DNA of 64,000 bases, taken from contig JARDVH010000099.1 in NCBI GenBank assembly GCA_030324005.1, positions 49,809,120 to 49,873,119 of the forward strand, in the 5' to 3' direction. The notes under the pieces are model-generated. The model was not told the DNA's origin. It worked only from the letters and a program-made list of their open reading frames with translations, and did not search any database. Position 1 is the stretch's first letter. Every line of letters begins with the position of its first letter. A program made the position numbers and the translations under genes. The DNA comes from Negaprion brevirostris. Its lineage: Eukaryota. Of the stretch, positions 34,141 through 48,190 are shown in pieces.

Positions 34141-37100
34141 ACAATCTCCATGGAATTATTGTAGAATATGATTAAGAAATAGAAATTTGAGTTATGGCAA
34201 GTAACAAAACAGGATGGGCAGAAAAGAATAGATTTGCAATGGTGTTCTTTTGCAGTTTGATAATTGCTGCAGTGCCAGTGTATTTAATTGAGGGCAATCT
34301 GGGAACTAAGATTAAACTTGAAATGAGACAAACGAAAACAAACCCAGATTTAGAAATTATACCTGCAACATAGCAATTATCTTTTTTGATCACAAAATTT
34401 TGCAGTGCTAATTTCCTGGTAGCAAGAATCATAATAAACATACTTGTAGTAACATTTGTAAAGCATATGCAGCTTTAGATTTTTTAAAGAAACTCTANNN
34501 NNNNNNNNNNNNNNNNNNNNNNNNNNNNNNNNNNNNNNNNNNNNNNNNNNNNNNNNNNNNNNNNNNNNNNNNNNNNNNNNNNNNNNNNNNNNNNNNNCTA
34601 TTATGTCAAACAAAGTATGAATTAAAATGTCTTTAACTTCCTACACTAAATTGAAAATGATAATTGGTATTCTAGTTGCACCGCTGCAGTCTTTGAACTA
34701 ACTGTATAGTTCCATATTGTACTCCACTGACATAACGACTCATCTGCCTCTCAGGTAATACTACATATTTGCCTTGTAAAAACTCTGTATGCAGACTACA
34801 CACAAACTCATGTGGTGTTTGAATACTGCTTTAGGTTCAGCTGCAGCACAGTACTGCTCTGATCTTTTATTTTCCTGAGCAGATGTCTTTCATTAATTTA
34901 TGGATTTATCATCTTTTCTTTTTTTACACCTGGCAGCTGGCTCAAGTTTCAGCAGTTATTGTCTATTTTGCATCTCATGTAGAATTGAATGTCATCTGTC
35001 TTAACAAAGCTGAAGCTGAAAGAATGAGGTGAGCCACATGAGCTGCTGGGACAGAGCTGTACGTTTTCTTACCTCCTTAATATTTATTTGTGCTCATTTC
35101 TTCTGGCCTTGAATGGGCTGTGCTTGCATTCTGTGCAGCTGTATGTTTACCAAATCTATTCCAACATGAGTCATTGTGCGTGTGTAAGTATCCTAGAAAC
35201 AGCTAGCGCTTTCTTGGGAGAACAGTTGCTTTCAACGTAAGCTTAAAAGGGAAATTAGCCAATTGGTCAGTTCTGGTTTAGAATATTTTAAGAAGCTGTG
35301 GCATCTTTCAGCTGTACTTCAAATTTAGGATAATATTCATGGTTATTGTTGTTTTAAAATACATGTTACCTAACAACATTGTTAAAATCAAGCGCATCAT
35401 TCAAACAATGTATTAATGATAGGACTTTTAACAACTGCTAATAAAAGATGCTGCAATAGTATTTCCTTGCATCCAGCTTAGTATAATTGGAGAAAAATGC
35501 ATAAATACAAATTTACGAAATGGTTAAAAGATGAACCTACTGATTTTTGTCGTGTTTCATTTTATAAACCAAAGTATTTTATATTCAACCTTTTGTGTTT
35601 TTAAAAATCTACTAAGTAAATTGGAACTAATGCATGTAAGTAATATTTCAGTGATCGTTCATGCTTTAATTTTCAATGCTTTATATTCTTTTCTCAATTT
35701 TTCCTGTTTCCACCTTTCCTTCCTAAATGTAATGATTAATACTGAGGTACTGTGTTGTAGGCACTGACAACCATTCAGTAACTGACCTTTCTTCTTGTGG
35801 AAGCTTAGTGCGTATTGGCAGGTTGCTTAACAATCATGAGAAGGAATTATTGTAGAAAACTTGTCTTCACTGACTAGTCATGCACGTACATTCTAGCAAG
35901 AGTCATTGTGTGGTAATAAAGAGGGGGGGCAGCTATTTGGTTTGTTTACTCCTTCTTAGCCTAGAACACAGAAAATAAAGATAAATTGTATTTAAGTGGA
36001 ACTTTTCATGACCATGTGCATTCCCAAAGTGCTTTATAGCCTACAGAGCACTTTTTCAGTGTAGTCACGTTGTAATGTAGGAAACGCAGCTGCCAATTTG
36101 TGCACAGCAACTTCCCACAAACAATAAAATGATAATAACCAGATAAACTGTTTATTGCTGATGGGGGATAACTTCCTTGCTCTTCAAAGTAATGCCATGG
36201 AATCTTATGTTCACCTGAACACGCAGATGAGGCCTCTGCAGTGCTTCATCTGAAATTCCAACATCTGCTATGGCAAAGATCAGTTAAGTTTAGGAGAGAT
36301 TTAGGATTAAATGAGGCCTCCCTACTCCCAAACCTCAACTGTAAGGCTCAGCACCAGACTTGAGCACATTTGCTGACAGAGTCATTGAGAGATTTCACTA
36401 GGTGCAGTTGGGTTTAGTCTTCGAATTCTTACAATAAGATATGTAAGGTGATCTTGCCGATTCACATAATCTGATGTAGCCAGCTGGTGTGAGCTTAATA
36501 CAGTATTAAGACATGCTTAATATTAAAGTGTTGGACGCATGTTGTGCAGCTTTCTGCTGCAATGTTTTAGACAGTATATAAATTATGGTGTATGTAGACA
36601 TCCTCTAGAAATAAGCACCAAGTATGCATAAAAGAAAAAGCTCCTCTCTACCAGAAGTGATAATTGGAACACATTTTTCCACTCCAGATTTAATTACTGA
36701 AATAAAATATTTTGAAAACGTTTGTGGCAAAGTAAATATTAAATTATGGAGTGGGGCAATGCTTGCAAGTGCTTATAATTAGAGTTGTCAGGATTTATTA
36801 ATACAGCTGTGGACTGATTGACTTCAGTTTTTATTTTCTCCCTCTTGTGTCCCATTAAAACAAAAGACTTTAAAATTCAAATGACTGTGCTGTGAGGTGA
36901 TTGCATCCTCCCAGCAGTGCTCCCAGGAAATGCAGGTTGAAAAGGATCTAAAATTGTGTTCCTAGTTCTTCAACTGCACTTTCAGCAAGCCCAGCTGCCC
37001 GGTGTGAATGAGTATCCACAGAATACTCTTTAAATTATTTGGTGCTGATTGATCACATTAATGAAAAATTAGCACACACAATACTTGCTATTATTCAGAT

Positions 37101-37461
37101 TTTCCTATGATTCACTTTCTAAATGACTGTAAAAGTGAGAAACAGCAATATAATAGATATTTTAAGAATAGCAGAAAATTACACTCGGGGATACATTGTT
37201 GCAAGAGGACACTGGAATGGGGAAAGGGGATATACGTCCATTGTAAGAACTTGCAAACAACTTTGTAAGAACTCTGTTCAGAAATGTTGCTGCCTTTTAT
37301 TTAATCTTGTCTTGCAAAGTACTTTTCATTGTAATTTTCCTTATCTGTGGCAAGAAGATATAAATGTATTTCCCCTTTGCATCATAGTTACACAAATTAG
37401 TCTGTATCTTCTAGGGGATAATGATTTTCAAAGGATAGAAAATAAGCACATCTACCTAAAG

Positions 37462-37640
37462 CAGGGCTTCCCAAACTGGGGTCACGAGATGAGATTTCGG
37501 GATGCGAGCTACAAGGCAACAATTGCTGGTGTGAAGCTTGAACTGATTCCTGACAGCTGCGAGGTCCCATTTTGAATGTGTGTTTTATTGGTGATCGTGG
37601 CCTAACTGACTGCTCTTTGAGATTCTATTTGCCATTGCAT
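37462..37640. mobile_element. hAT-like transposon terminal fragment
   Basis: Starts CAGGGCTTCCCAAACTGGGGTC; no matching right end seen. Confidence 0.5.
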
Positions 37641-40600
37641 AAAAGCCTATGATTAAATAGATTTTTTTTTGGATAAACCTTTCCTCTTCATGAACTATCC
37701 CCTCCTCACCTAGCCTCCTGTTCCATCCCCACCCCCTGACAAAGAACCAAAGCCATCTTTTAGGCTTCCCTCCAAATTCCACTCAACAACTGAAGGTCCT
37801 CCTACCAGCTCTCATACCCGCCAAATCTCTGTTAACCTCTCTCCTCCTTTTCCTCTCCCTCTCTTTACTACTGTGCCACATGACACATCAAAATGGGATT
37901 ACATGAGGAAAAGATTTAGAAGCCATGGTTTAATTTAAAGGATAAGGAATATAAAACTTAATCACATGTTGAATATTTTCTAATACTGAATAAACCTACA
38001 CAGTACTTAGCTTTATTCAAGCATAACCTATAAATAAGACTATTTAAATTCATGATTCTTATTTAGGAGATTTGAATAATAGTGTGGTCTCTTCTTTCAG
38101 GTATTACCCTGTTAGAAGCTCAAATAAAATAAGTACGATTGTAACCAGTTTGATATATTCTGCATCGTCCATAAAAACTGAATGACAAGTTTTTCAAAGC
38201 ACACTTTGATTTGTCACATTAACATGATATCTGCTGAATAAGCATGCATATAAGAACTAAGTTCTTATAAAAATAATTGGATAAAATTTCTTCCTTATTC
38301 TTTGTAATTTTGATGTTTTTATGCAAATTCTTTTGTGTAATTATTGTCTTCCCTTGGGGCTTTCCATCATCCGTCAGTTAAAACATTCCATCCTCCCGTC
38401 AATATAAAACTTTCCAACAATGGACAGTCGAGCAGGATAGGTCAGTGATTACAAACAAGCAAATGTTGACCATCTCTGAATGTCACACTGTCAGTCATTT
38501 TAAAAATTCAGAGGATTGCACGTATAAGAAATAAGTGGTTTGCCTGCTACCTTGATTATTTTCTTTTGCTAAGGATGATAGCATTTAGACCCCATGAAGC
38601 TAAGTTACAAGTTTTTGGGATGCACAGATGTTTGACATTTGTCGTGTATTTTAAGCACAACATGTTGCTGTTGAAGTAAATTGAATCGCTTTATTATGCC
38701 AAACTCTGGGTGTGTGGCGCAAGAGAAAACCCACAGGAATGGTTTTTGGTGAGGTGCCAAAGTTTGTGGGTGGGAGCAAAAATCGTGTTGGAAGACTATG
38801 AAAGTGGGAGATGGAGACTCAAAGGAACAATCCCTAGAATAGAATTAGCGTAAGGCAATGACTGGGACACTGGCACTGAGAAGGGGTGACAAATAACCTG
38901 GATTGTGCCAAGGACACTTGGGGCCTTTGGGAGCACTCCTACTCTTTGCCCATAAGGATTTCAAGGGTAAGTGATTTTTCTACACTTGTATCTGTTTCTT
39001 CTTGCTGCTCCATTCTTCCTTCTAGTGTTCTGCAGTCAGGGTGCCTGACCCCATGTAGACATCCCTAGTTCAGAAGTTATAAAGCAGTTGTGAAAACCCT
39101 CATTGCCCATTCAGGATGCAGAGGGTGAGTGATTTTTCTAAATGTATCTGCTGCCTTGCCACCCCATCCACGCCACCTCCTAGCGCTGGAGGAGGGTGCT
39201 GTATCATTGTTGTTTGCAGTNNNNNNNNNNNNNNNNNNNNNNNNNNNNNNNNNNNNNNNNNNNNNNNNNNNNNNNNNNNNNNNNNNNNNNNNNNNNNNNN
39301 NNNNNNNNNNNNNNNNNNNNGGGGAATTTATGCAACAGCTTGAGAACTTGGCACTCAACCCACCATCTTACTATACCCTTGCTTGCACCATTCCTACCAG
39401 GATGTGGGGAGGGGTTGAAATGAATTTGACTATCTTCAGCATTGTTTCTCATCTAACAAGGTCCTAATACTCTTGATGCCACATTGGTATTTCTTCTTTT
39501 GATATTTCTGAACTTGGTGACATAGTGCACAAAAAAGTGTTTAGCATTATTTAAAGACTGATTTAATGGGGATCTTCAAATTAAACTATTTGCAGGCACC
39601 TAATCTGTTGTATTTTGTGGTTTTCAGCAGTAAGTATCAGGCTTGGGCGTAAGTGGTGCTTTGAAATAGATTGCTGAATTTTGTAATAAATTTTGCCAAA
39701 ATATCATGTTGGATGTCTAGAAACTTTGGAGGTTTGCACAGTATCTCCATCGAAAATTGATTATGCCACTTAACTCCATGCAGAGTAAATTTGATTGAGA
39801 TTGCACTAGTTTGAAATAAAACATTATAAAGCCTGAAATGGTATTTCCCATGATGGAAGTTGCTGACGTACAATTTGCCTAATTTATTTCGGCTTGGACC
39901 AAGTTAGTTAGTAAATATCCCTATACGATCAAATAACATTTAAATATTAAATTTATCATTAGATTAATCATTATGGAAATTCACTTTCAAAATGATATGC
40001 TTGCATGAATTTACTATTTATAAACCAAATTTATTTGTCTCAAAATTTGATATGGCGTAAATATAAATGAACTATTCTTACCTAACAAATAGGGGTGGGT
40101 AATAAATACTGCTTTGCCAGTGTTACATCCTCAGAACAAAATTTTAAATTGTGCCAGGAAAGTATTGCAGTAATTGCATGTTTCTTTGCAAAAAAGCAAG
40201 ATCAAGCCTGAACTTAAAAATACTCCTTTCCTTTATAATCAAATTTTCAAAATGAACAACTGCAATTTTCATAAATTATTCATGATTTCATATTTGAACA
40301 GTAACTTTATTTTTTTATGATGACCTTTATAGCAATAATGCTCCTTAAAGCACCTGAACCATAATATGATGTAAAGTGTGTCCTCCTGAATCAATACACA
40401 ATGAGTTACTTGATGAAAACCAAAATATTTATTGAAAGTTACTCCATGGTTTGCAGGTTATTAGTAATTTCTCACGTGTTTTAATTTTGGCATTTAATAG
40501 CAGTAAACACATTGCCTTGGAATATATTTAAATAATGTTTTACAATGTCATTATCCTGAATCATGTGAAATCCATAAGTATTGTTTTCAGTTTTTGAGAC

Positions 40601-43157
40601 ATCTACTGAGGCTTGGATTTCTTTTCGGAATAAAAGTACAGTAGTTTTCTTAACCTGGTTATTGTCTTTAAAATTTTCATTATTTGCATCTTCAAGGGGC
40701 TTTCAACATGATGGATCCAATATAATCTTGTTTGCCAAAGTGCCTCTGGCACAACAGATGCAAGCCTGTAAGATTGCTTTGTGTAACTCATAATCTTGTG
40801 GGATTTCACCATTTTGGCAAATCTGAAATAGTCATTTCCACGTTAATGATGTTGAAGTTATTTTCCACCAGTAGAGATTTATGAGCTTCTGTTTTACCAG
40901 TTACTGACTTTTTGTTTTGGATGTGCTATATTTGATCTTAAAATCTGTGTAACCTGGTAACATCAATAGGGCATTGGATTCACTACCAAAAGGTCAGACA
41001 TTATGCCCTGAAACTTCTTGCAATAATGGGGTATCCACTAGTTTACCAACAGATCAAAGAAGGACCCTGTTCAGATTTTTGTTCAGTCAGGTGAATTGAC
41101 CAAGAATATCATTGGCATAAGTGAAAATCCTTCAACTGAAAAAGTTGCACTCTTCCAAACCAAAGGGAATAGTAAAAGACACAATGTAATTCTAAATGAA
41201 TTAATGTGCTTCTACAAAGTGCACTATATATAAACAATTATTTGATTCTTCCAACCGTGTTCTAAATCTGAGTATGTTCTGAAATTGATAATTTCATAAT
41301 TTTTGGAGATGTTAAAATAGATTTAGCAATGTTCTGTAACAGATCTGGCCTACACGGATCAACTTTCCACTGAACCTCCAAGTTTATAGTAAAATTTTTA
41401 AATTATATCAATAGTTTAACACTTGTATCTTTACAAACTAATATTTGTCAGTTGGCTTGTATCCTAGTCTCTTTTGTTTCTATGGTTTTGCTTCAGTCAT
41501 CTGGACTGAGCACAGCAGAAATCACAAGTAGGTTTTAATTTATGAATTTCAACTGAAATTGATGAATAGATTGCAAGAGAGAGCAGTCATAGTACAGATC
41601 TTAAGTTGATATAGTTCGAAATCTCCAAAGTAAAATCCCATGAGGTCAATAANNNNNNNNNNNNNNNNNNNNNNNNNNNNNNNNNNNNNNNNNNNNNNNN
41701 NNNNNNNNNNNNNNNNNNCGTTTTTCTGTTATACTGTGCAATGCAAGCAGGCATTGATTCTTTTAATACTCTGCATTTCATGTGCCGTTGCAGAACAGCT
41801 TGCTGCACTTCCTTTCATTTGCCATCGTTATTTCACTTATGCATTATGACAGATGGCAGTGGAGAGTGTAATGCTCTTTTAGTCTTCCCTATCAGTCTAA
41901 TGGAGGTCACAGAAGGTTTTTCAACTCTTTCCCTCTTGGTACAAGAAGCATGTCAATCATGAGTTATCAACTCTGCCATCATTAAGCTTTGGAAACACAA
42001 AGGACCAGCTTGATCGAGTTGCTAAAGAGTTTGTTCACTCTGATAAGATCTCCTTTACAATAGCTTCACCATTGAAATAAATTTGTAGATCCTTTTATAA
42101 TAACTTGCGTAGCTTTGGAAGTTAGCAGCATTTTTGCTCTTAAACATACTCTTCCAAAAAAAAACACTCTTTAGAATAACTTCTGGAAAGGGCCCCATAA
42201 TTAACCTTCCGGGGTCCAGATTGATTTGCTCCACGTGTATCTTCATTTCTGATGAATTATAAAGCCATTAATTTGTGGAGGAAATGGTAGGCGATCTGCA
42301 GCACAGATGTGTCAACACCATACTAACGCACAAAACACAAAAGAGTGCCAAGGAAGCTGAATGAAAATCAGAATTGCTAGATTGTTACAGTTAGCCTCAC
42401 GTTAAACTTTCTCCTGGGAACTATTTTAGGAAGCTTCTGTCTACAGAGCTAAAGGGTAATAATATTTGCAGATAAATAGGATTCTTTATCATTGTAAGAG
42501 AGAATTTATTGATCAGCTGTCCCCTGGGGACTTTTTGACAGTCAGAAAATGAACCTTTGATACATCTTGGTTCAGTACCCTTGTGCAGGTCAGATATCTC
42601 CAGATCTACCCAGTGACCTCTCTTTGTAAGGTTCCTAGGCATACAATGTTCTCTGCTATGAGTCAAGATGTTTAATTTTTAACTTTATAATAATACCCTT
42701 TTTGTTTTGTGAATTTTTTTGCATTTTGAACTTTCTTGTTAAATTTTAATTCAGATTGTGAATTATTCTGTTACAACATATTCGTTGTTTTCATGTTGTG
42801 TTGGAGATGATGAATAGCTTTATTTGTGGAGTAATAACAATTTATGGCTCTTGATTGTAAACATTCTTATATTCATCATTACAATTCATTGCGTGGTACA
42901 ATATTACTCTCTACGTAATACTGAAGAAACACATTTCTTAAAAGCATTTTTTTCAAATAAGCAAACTTTTATTGGATAAACCTAATGTTGAATGAATGCA
43001 TATCATCAGATGATTGAATATCAGCAGCTCATGTTCATTTTGGTTTGTTCACTCATTTGCCTAGTCATTAAGGGATTGTTCTGAAAGCTCTATCCTCTCC
43101 AAATAGCCTTGTTTCTGTAATTGCTTTGTATATTTTCCTTGACAAACAGCATCTCAC

Positions 43158-43265
43158 ATACAGGAAGGACTGTCACCTAATCACCTGAAAAAGGCCAAGT
43201 TGATGTTCTTCTACACCCGGTACCCTAGTTCCAACATGCTGAAGATGTTCTTCTCTGATGTGAAG
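43158..43265 (+). CDS. PROX1: PROX1 exon 3 (108 nt), start of the atypical homeodomain
   Basis: Reads [36 protein letters not shown]. Preceded by U12 branch TTCCTTGAC (43135-43143) and an AC acceptor; followed by AAG|GTAAG donor. Too short for the ORF track. Confidence 0.97.
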
Positions 43266-44240
43266 GTAAGCAAGCGAAAACAAGTTGTGGCCTCTTTCTT
43301 GCCACAGCCATTGCAACAAAAAAAAACAATGGTGGTTATTGTTTTCTATTTACTACTTAATTTGTTTTTGGTGTAGCATAGACTGAGCATAAGGAGGATG
43401 AATAAACTGACAGATTCAGGCCACATTATTCAAATGAGGATGTGAAGGCTGTCTAGTTGCAGCTGCACCCTCCCTCTGTTAATACATTTAACCCTAATTT
43501 GTACTTTTACTTTCATGGTTTGAGTAGTTTGTCTTTTCCCCACAAAGGCTTTTAAGATTGTTATAAAAACTTAAGATTATTTCATGTACATAAATACATT
43601 AACATTTTAACAAAAACATTCTAAAGCAGCTTGTATTATTGCTTTTGGTAGTTGTGTTTATCATATTAGCAAAGGCTTTCCACATNNNNNNNNNNNNNNN
43701 NNNNNNNNNNNNNNNNNNNNNNNNNNNNNNNNNNNNNNNNNNNNNNNNNNNNTTTTACTTTAGGAAATATCAGCAAAAATATATAGTCCTAGTAAGGTGC
43801 CTGGATGGTATTAGTTCAGGTAATGGGTTTGTTTGTCTCTCCATCTGAAGTAAAGCTTCCTTCTCATTTTAAAATGTTGCAAAGTTAACAGAAACAATAT
43901 TGAATTATTACAATAATTCCTGGGCACTTGCTGGCTGCTTTGTCAGCCTTCTGCTGCTGTCAGTATTTTCCAATCACTTAGTATATTGTAGGATGCAAAT
44001 TGATATGTGGTAATGACTCTCTCGTTTGCATACAGCTTTTTAAAATTAGGAAAAAACAGTTTTTTGTTTTCCTAGTTAAGCTAGAACTATCAGGTAGGAG
44101 CAATATCCTAATTTTAAAAAGCACAGCTTGACTTGTAGAATTGCAGATCAATCTGCTAACATTTTGAGATCTGCAGGAGCATTTCTGCATCAAAATGCAA
44201 TGTGCCCAAGATGATGATTATAAATGCTTTATTCTTAACA

Positions 44241-44549
44241 ATCATAAAATCCCTACAGGGCAGAAGGAGCCCATTCAACCCATCAAATCTGCACTGACGA
44301 CAATCCCACCCAGGCCTATTCCCATAAACCCACATATTTAGTGTGCTAACCTCCCTGACACTTCGGTCAATTTAGCATGATCAATCAACCTAACCCACAT
44401 ATCTTGTGGATTGCAAGAGGAAACCAGAACACCTGGAGGAAACCCGCACAGATATGGGGAGGATGTGCAAACTCCATACAGACAGTGACCTGAGGCCAGA
44501 ATTGAACCCAGGTCCCTGGCGTTGAGGCAGCAGTGCTAACCACCCTGCT
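44241..44549 (-). mobile_element. HE1-like tRNA-derived SINE
   Basis: Colinear with 3109-3419. Confidence 0.9.
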
Positions 44550-45709
44550 AACAATGAGAATTTGCAAATGATTACTAACAGTTACGTCACCTTATTTCTG
44601 GGGGTTCCTTATTTAGGAGAAAAAATTCTTATTATGTTTTTGCAGATGTCCCATACTTTGAAAATTGCCAAACTGTTATCAAATGATTAATATCAAGATT
44701 TATGGAGGAAATAATTGTTACTACCCGTGTTGGCTACTAATGCAAATAAATATTTTCTGGCAGCACAATTGTTGGTCAGTTTCAGTACCATGGGTTTTTA
44801 TTATCTTCCTTGTCCAGAAAATTTGTAGTATTGACTAAGTTCTTGTTCAGTTTTAAGATATACACAGCATGTTGAGGAATAAATTTTCTTTCCCTGAACA
44901 ATTAAGTGCTAATTGATCTAAAGGGTGTCCCTTTTTGACAGTTTGCCCACAAGGGCTCCCTAAACAATCATTAAGTGGATAGGTTAGGTTAAACAATGCA
45001 CATGCAGTAGATCAGCATCACACATGTACTCCAGAAAACAGGATTACCTGTGGGATTAACTGGAACGAAAGTACTTGCGTTTACATAGTGCCTTTCACAC
45101 CGTCGGGGAAATCCCAAAGCACATTGTAGCCAATCAATTTACTTTTGAAGAGACATCGCCAATAATCCAGCACTACTTTTTACTGCATCGCAGTGTTAGT
45201 CAAGATTATGCGCTCAAGTCCTAGGAAAGGGCTTTAGCCCACAGTCTGCTGACTCTGAGGCGATGGTGCTACAACTGAGCCAATTTGACTTTTTACATGC
45301 AGACCCTGTCATGTCCCTGTAATCACTCATGTACTGCCTTGTCCATTTCTGCATGCTAAAGAAAGGAACATGATTCTCAAATTTTCAACCAATCTCAAGT
45401 TGGATTGTTCAGCAGGTAGCATGTTTACTCTCCTTTTTTTTTAGTGGTTTGATCTGCTGGTCTTGCCTGAAGGTGAGAACATTTTAGTGCAGTTGCCAAT
45501 ACAGGTGGAATGGATATTAGTCCATTTAGGTTGAACTAAGTAATTCAGGTGGTGGAATTGCAGCTCTGTACTTTTTCTTTGTAAACAAAATAATTTCTGC
45601 TCATTTAGGGAATTGAAACTGTGCTCCAATTTGCCATTGGCAGCTACTCCAAGCAAAACAGTTCATCTAGTTCATACTTTGCCACTACACCTGAAACCTT
45701 TTCATTCCT

Positions 45710-46580
45710 AGAGTCATTGTCATAGAGGTTAACAGCATGGAAACAGGCTCTTCAGCCCAACTTGTCTGTGCTGCCCTTTTTTTAAAACCCCTCTAATCCC
45801 ATTTGGCCCATATCCCTCTAAGTACATCTTACCCATGTAACTATCTAAATGGTTTTTAAATGACAAAATGTACCAGCCGTTACTCCTACCTCTGGCAGCT
45901 TGTTCCAGACACTCAGCACCCTCTATGTGGAAAAAAAAATTGCCCCTCTGGACGCTTTATATTTCTCCCTCTCACCTTAAACCCATGCCCACTAGTTTTA
46001 GACTCCCTTACTTTTGGGGAAAGATATTGACTATCTAGCTGATCTGTGCCCCTCATTATTTTATAGACCTCTACAAGATCACTCCTCAGCCTCCTACACT
46101 TCAGAGAAAAAAGTTCCAATCTATCCAGCGTTGCCTTATAACTCAACCCAACAAGTCCCAGTAGCGTCCTTCTGCAAACTTTTCAGTTTAATAATATCCT
46201 TTCTATAATAGGGTGACCAGACCTGTACACAGTATTCCAAGCGTGGCCTTACCAATGTCTTGCACAATTTCAACAAGACGTCTCAACTCCTGTATTCAAT
46301 GTTCTGATCGGTGAAACCAAGCATGCCAAATGCCGCCTTCACCACTGTGTCCACTGTGACTCCACTTTCAAGGAGCTATGAACATGTAACCGTGGAACAC
46401 TTTGTTCTGTAATTCTCCCCAGTGCCCTACCATTAACTGAATAAGTCCTGCCCTGGTACAGTGTAATCACCTGCATCACCTCGCATTTGTCTAAATTAAA
46501 CTCCATCTGCCATTCGTCAGCCCACTGATCCAATTGATCAAGATCTCATTGCAATTGGAGATAACTTTCTTCACTGTCCT
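45710..46580 (-). mobile_element. CR1 (HER1-like) LINE 3' portion
   Basis: WADEWQMEFNLDKCEVM and SYKATLDRLELFSLKCRRLRSDLVEVYKIMRG motifs with a catagag tail. Confidence 0.9.
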
Positions 46581-46759
46581 CTTCTATAAGCTTTAGTTGT
46601 TAATGATAGAATATGACTAGTAAAGCGATTACATACTTTACTATTGGCAAGCCTATATTTTACGATAAATATTGCACTTGGGGATTTTCAAGATCAAGCC
46701 TTAAATTCCATATACTGACTTGTAGCCTTATTTACAATTTCAAATATTTTTTAGTGCAT

Positions 46760-48190
46760 CTCTTCACGGGCATTGCTGGCTAGACCAGCATTTATTGCCC
46801 ATTCCTAATTGCCCTTGAGTAGGTGGTGGTGAGCTGCCTTTTTCAGCCACTACAAGTGTAGATTCACCCACAGTGATGTTAGGGAGGGAATTCCAGGATT
46901 TTGAGCCAACAATAGTGAAGGAACGGAATATTTCAAAGTCATGATGGTTAGTGGCTTGGAGGAAGTTGCCTGTGTTCCTGTTCCTGGGCGGCATAGTGGT
47001 AAGCACTGCTGCGTCACAGCTCCAGGGGGCTGGGTTTGATTCCTAGCTTGGGTTACTGTCTGTGGAGTTTGCACATTCTTCCCTTGTCAGTGTGGGTTTT
47101 TGTCAGGTACCCTGGTTTCTTCCCACAGTCCAGAGTTGTGTGGGTTGTATTGGCCATGCTCAATTGCACCGGGATGCGTAGTTTAGAGGGATTGGCGGGG
47201 TAAATGTGTGCAACTATGGGGATATTCCTGGGTGAGATTGTTGTCAGTTCAGACCCAATGGGCTGAATGGCCACGTTCTGCACTGTTGGGTTTCTATGAT
47301 TCGACACCTACTACTCTCATCCTTCTAGATGGTCAGGGTTGCAGGTTTGAAAGGTGCTTTTAAGAGATTTGCTGAGTTGTTACATTGCATCTTGTATCTG
47401 GTACATACTGCTGCCACTATGGTCTGTGGTGGAGGGAGGAGTTGTTGAAGATGATGGATGGGGTGTCAATCAAGCGAGCTGCTTTGTCCTGGATGGTGCC
47501 AAGCTTCTAGAAGGCACACTTCTGACTTGTGCCTTCTAGATGATGGACAGACTTTGGGAAGTCAGCAGGTGAGTTACACTCCCAACGTCTGACCTGCTAT
47601 TGTAACCACATATATGGCTGGTTCTGTTCACTTTCTGGTCAATGATAACCCTCCAGCATGTTGTTAATGGGGTGATGGGTGTTGGGGAGGGTGGTGAATA
47701 GAGTCATAGAGGTTTACCTCATGGAAATAGGCCCTTCAGCCCAACTTGTCCATACTGCCCTTTTTTTAAACCCAATTGCCTGCATTTGGCCTATATCCAT
47801 CTATACCCATCTCACCCATGTAATTGTCAAAACACATTTTAAAAGACAAAACTGTACCTGCCTCTATACTATCTCTGGCAGCTTGTTCCAGACACTCATC
47901 ACCCTCGATGTGAAAAAAATGGGNNNNNNNNNNCCCCGGACCCTTTCGTATCTCTCCTCTCTCACCTTAAACTAATGCCTTCTAGTTTTAGACTTCCCTA
48001 CCTTTGGGAAAAGATATTGACTATGCCCTGGTTCAGTAATGTTAATGCCATTGAATGGCAAAGAGGAAATTATTAAGTCCTTGTGTATTGGAGATGGTTG
48101 TTGAATGGCACCCTATGGCATGCGTACTGCTTTTCACTTACCAGCCCAACTTGAATGTTGTTTGGCACTTGCTGTGTAGTGGCACAGATT
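46760..48190 (-). mobile_element. LINE 3' portion with nested SINE (46986-47302, +) and nested CR1 tail (47697-48022, -)
   Basis: Host begins ...gctggctagaccagcatttattgcccattcctaattgcccttgag (inverse of 1510-1652). Nested HE1-like head gggcggcatagtggtaagcactgct; nested CR1 tail near-identical to 45720-46035. Confidence 0.8.

Larger units (their letters stand above)
32561..43157 (+). other. U12-type (minor spliceosome) AT-AC intron, PROX1 intron 2
   Basis: 5' splice site ATATCCTTTT, branch site TTTTCCTTGAC (43133-43143) ~15 nt before the terminal AC (43156-43157). Joining here restores ...SGNT|[10 protein letters not shown] in frame. Confidence 0.95.

Noticed and set aside
32561-43165. Drosophila-style twintron (U2 intron nested in the U12 intron giving a longer in-frame isoform)
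   Set aside because: An in-frame TAA occurs 30 nt into the intron, and the GTs before it (GTCTTC, GTGTTT) are poor donors. Nearby AGs at 43148 and 43162 exist but have no supported partner.
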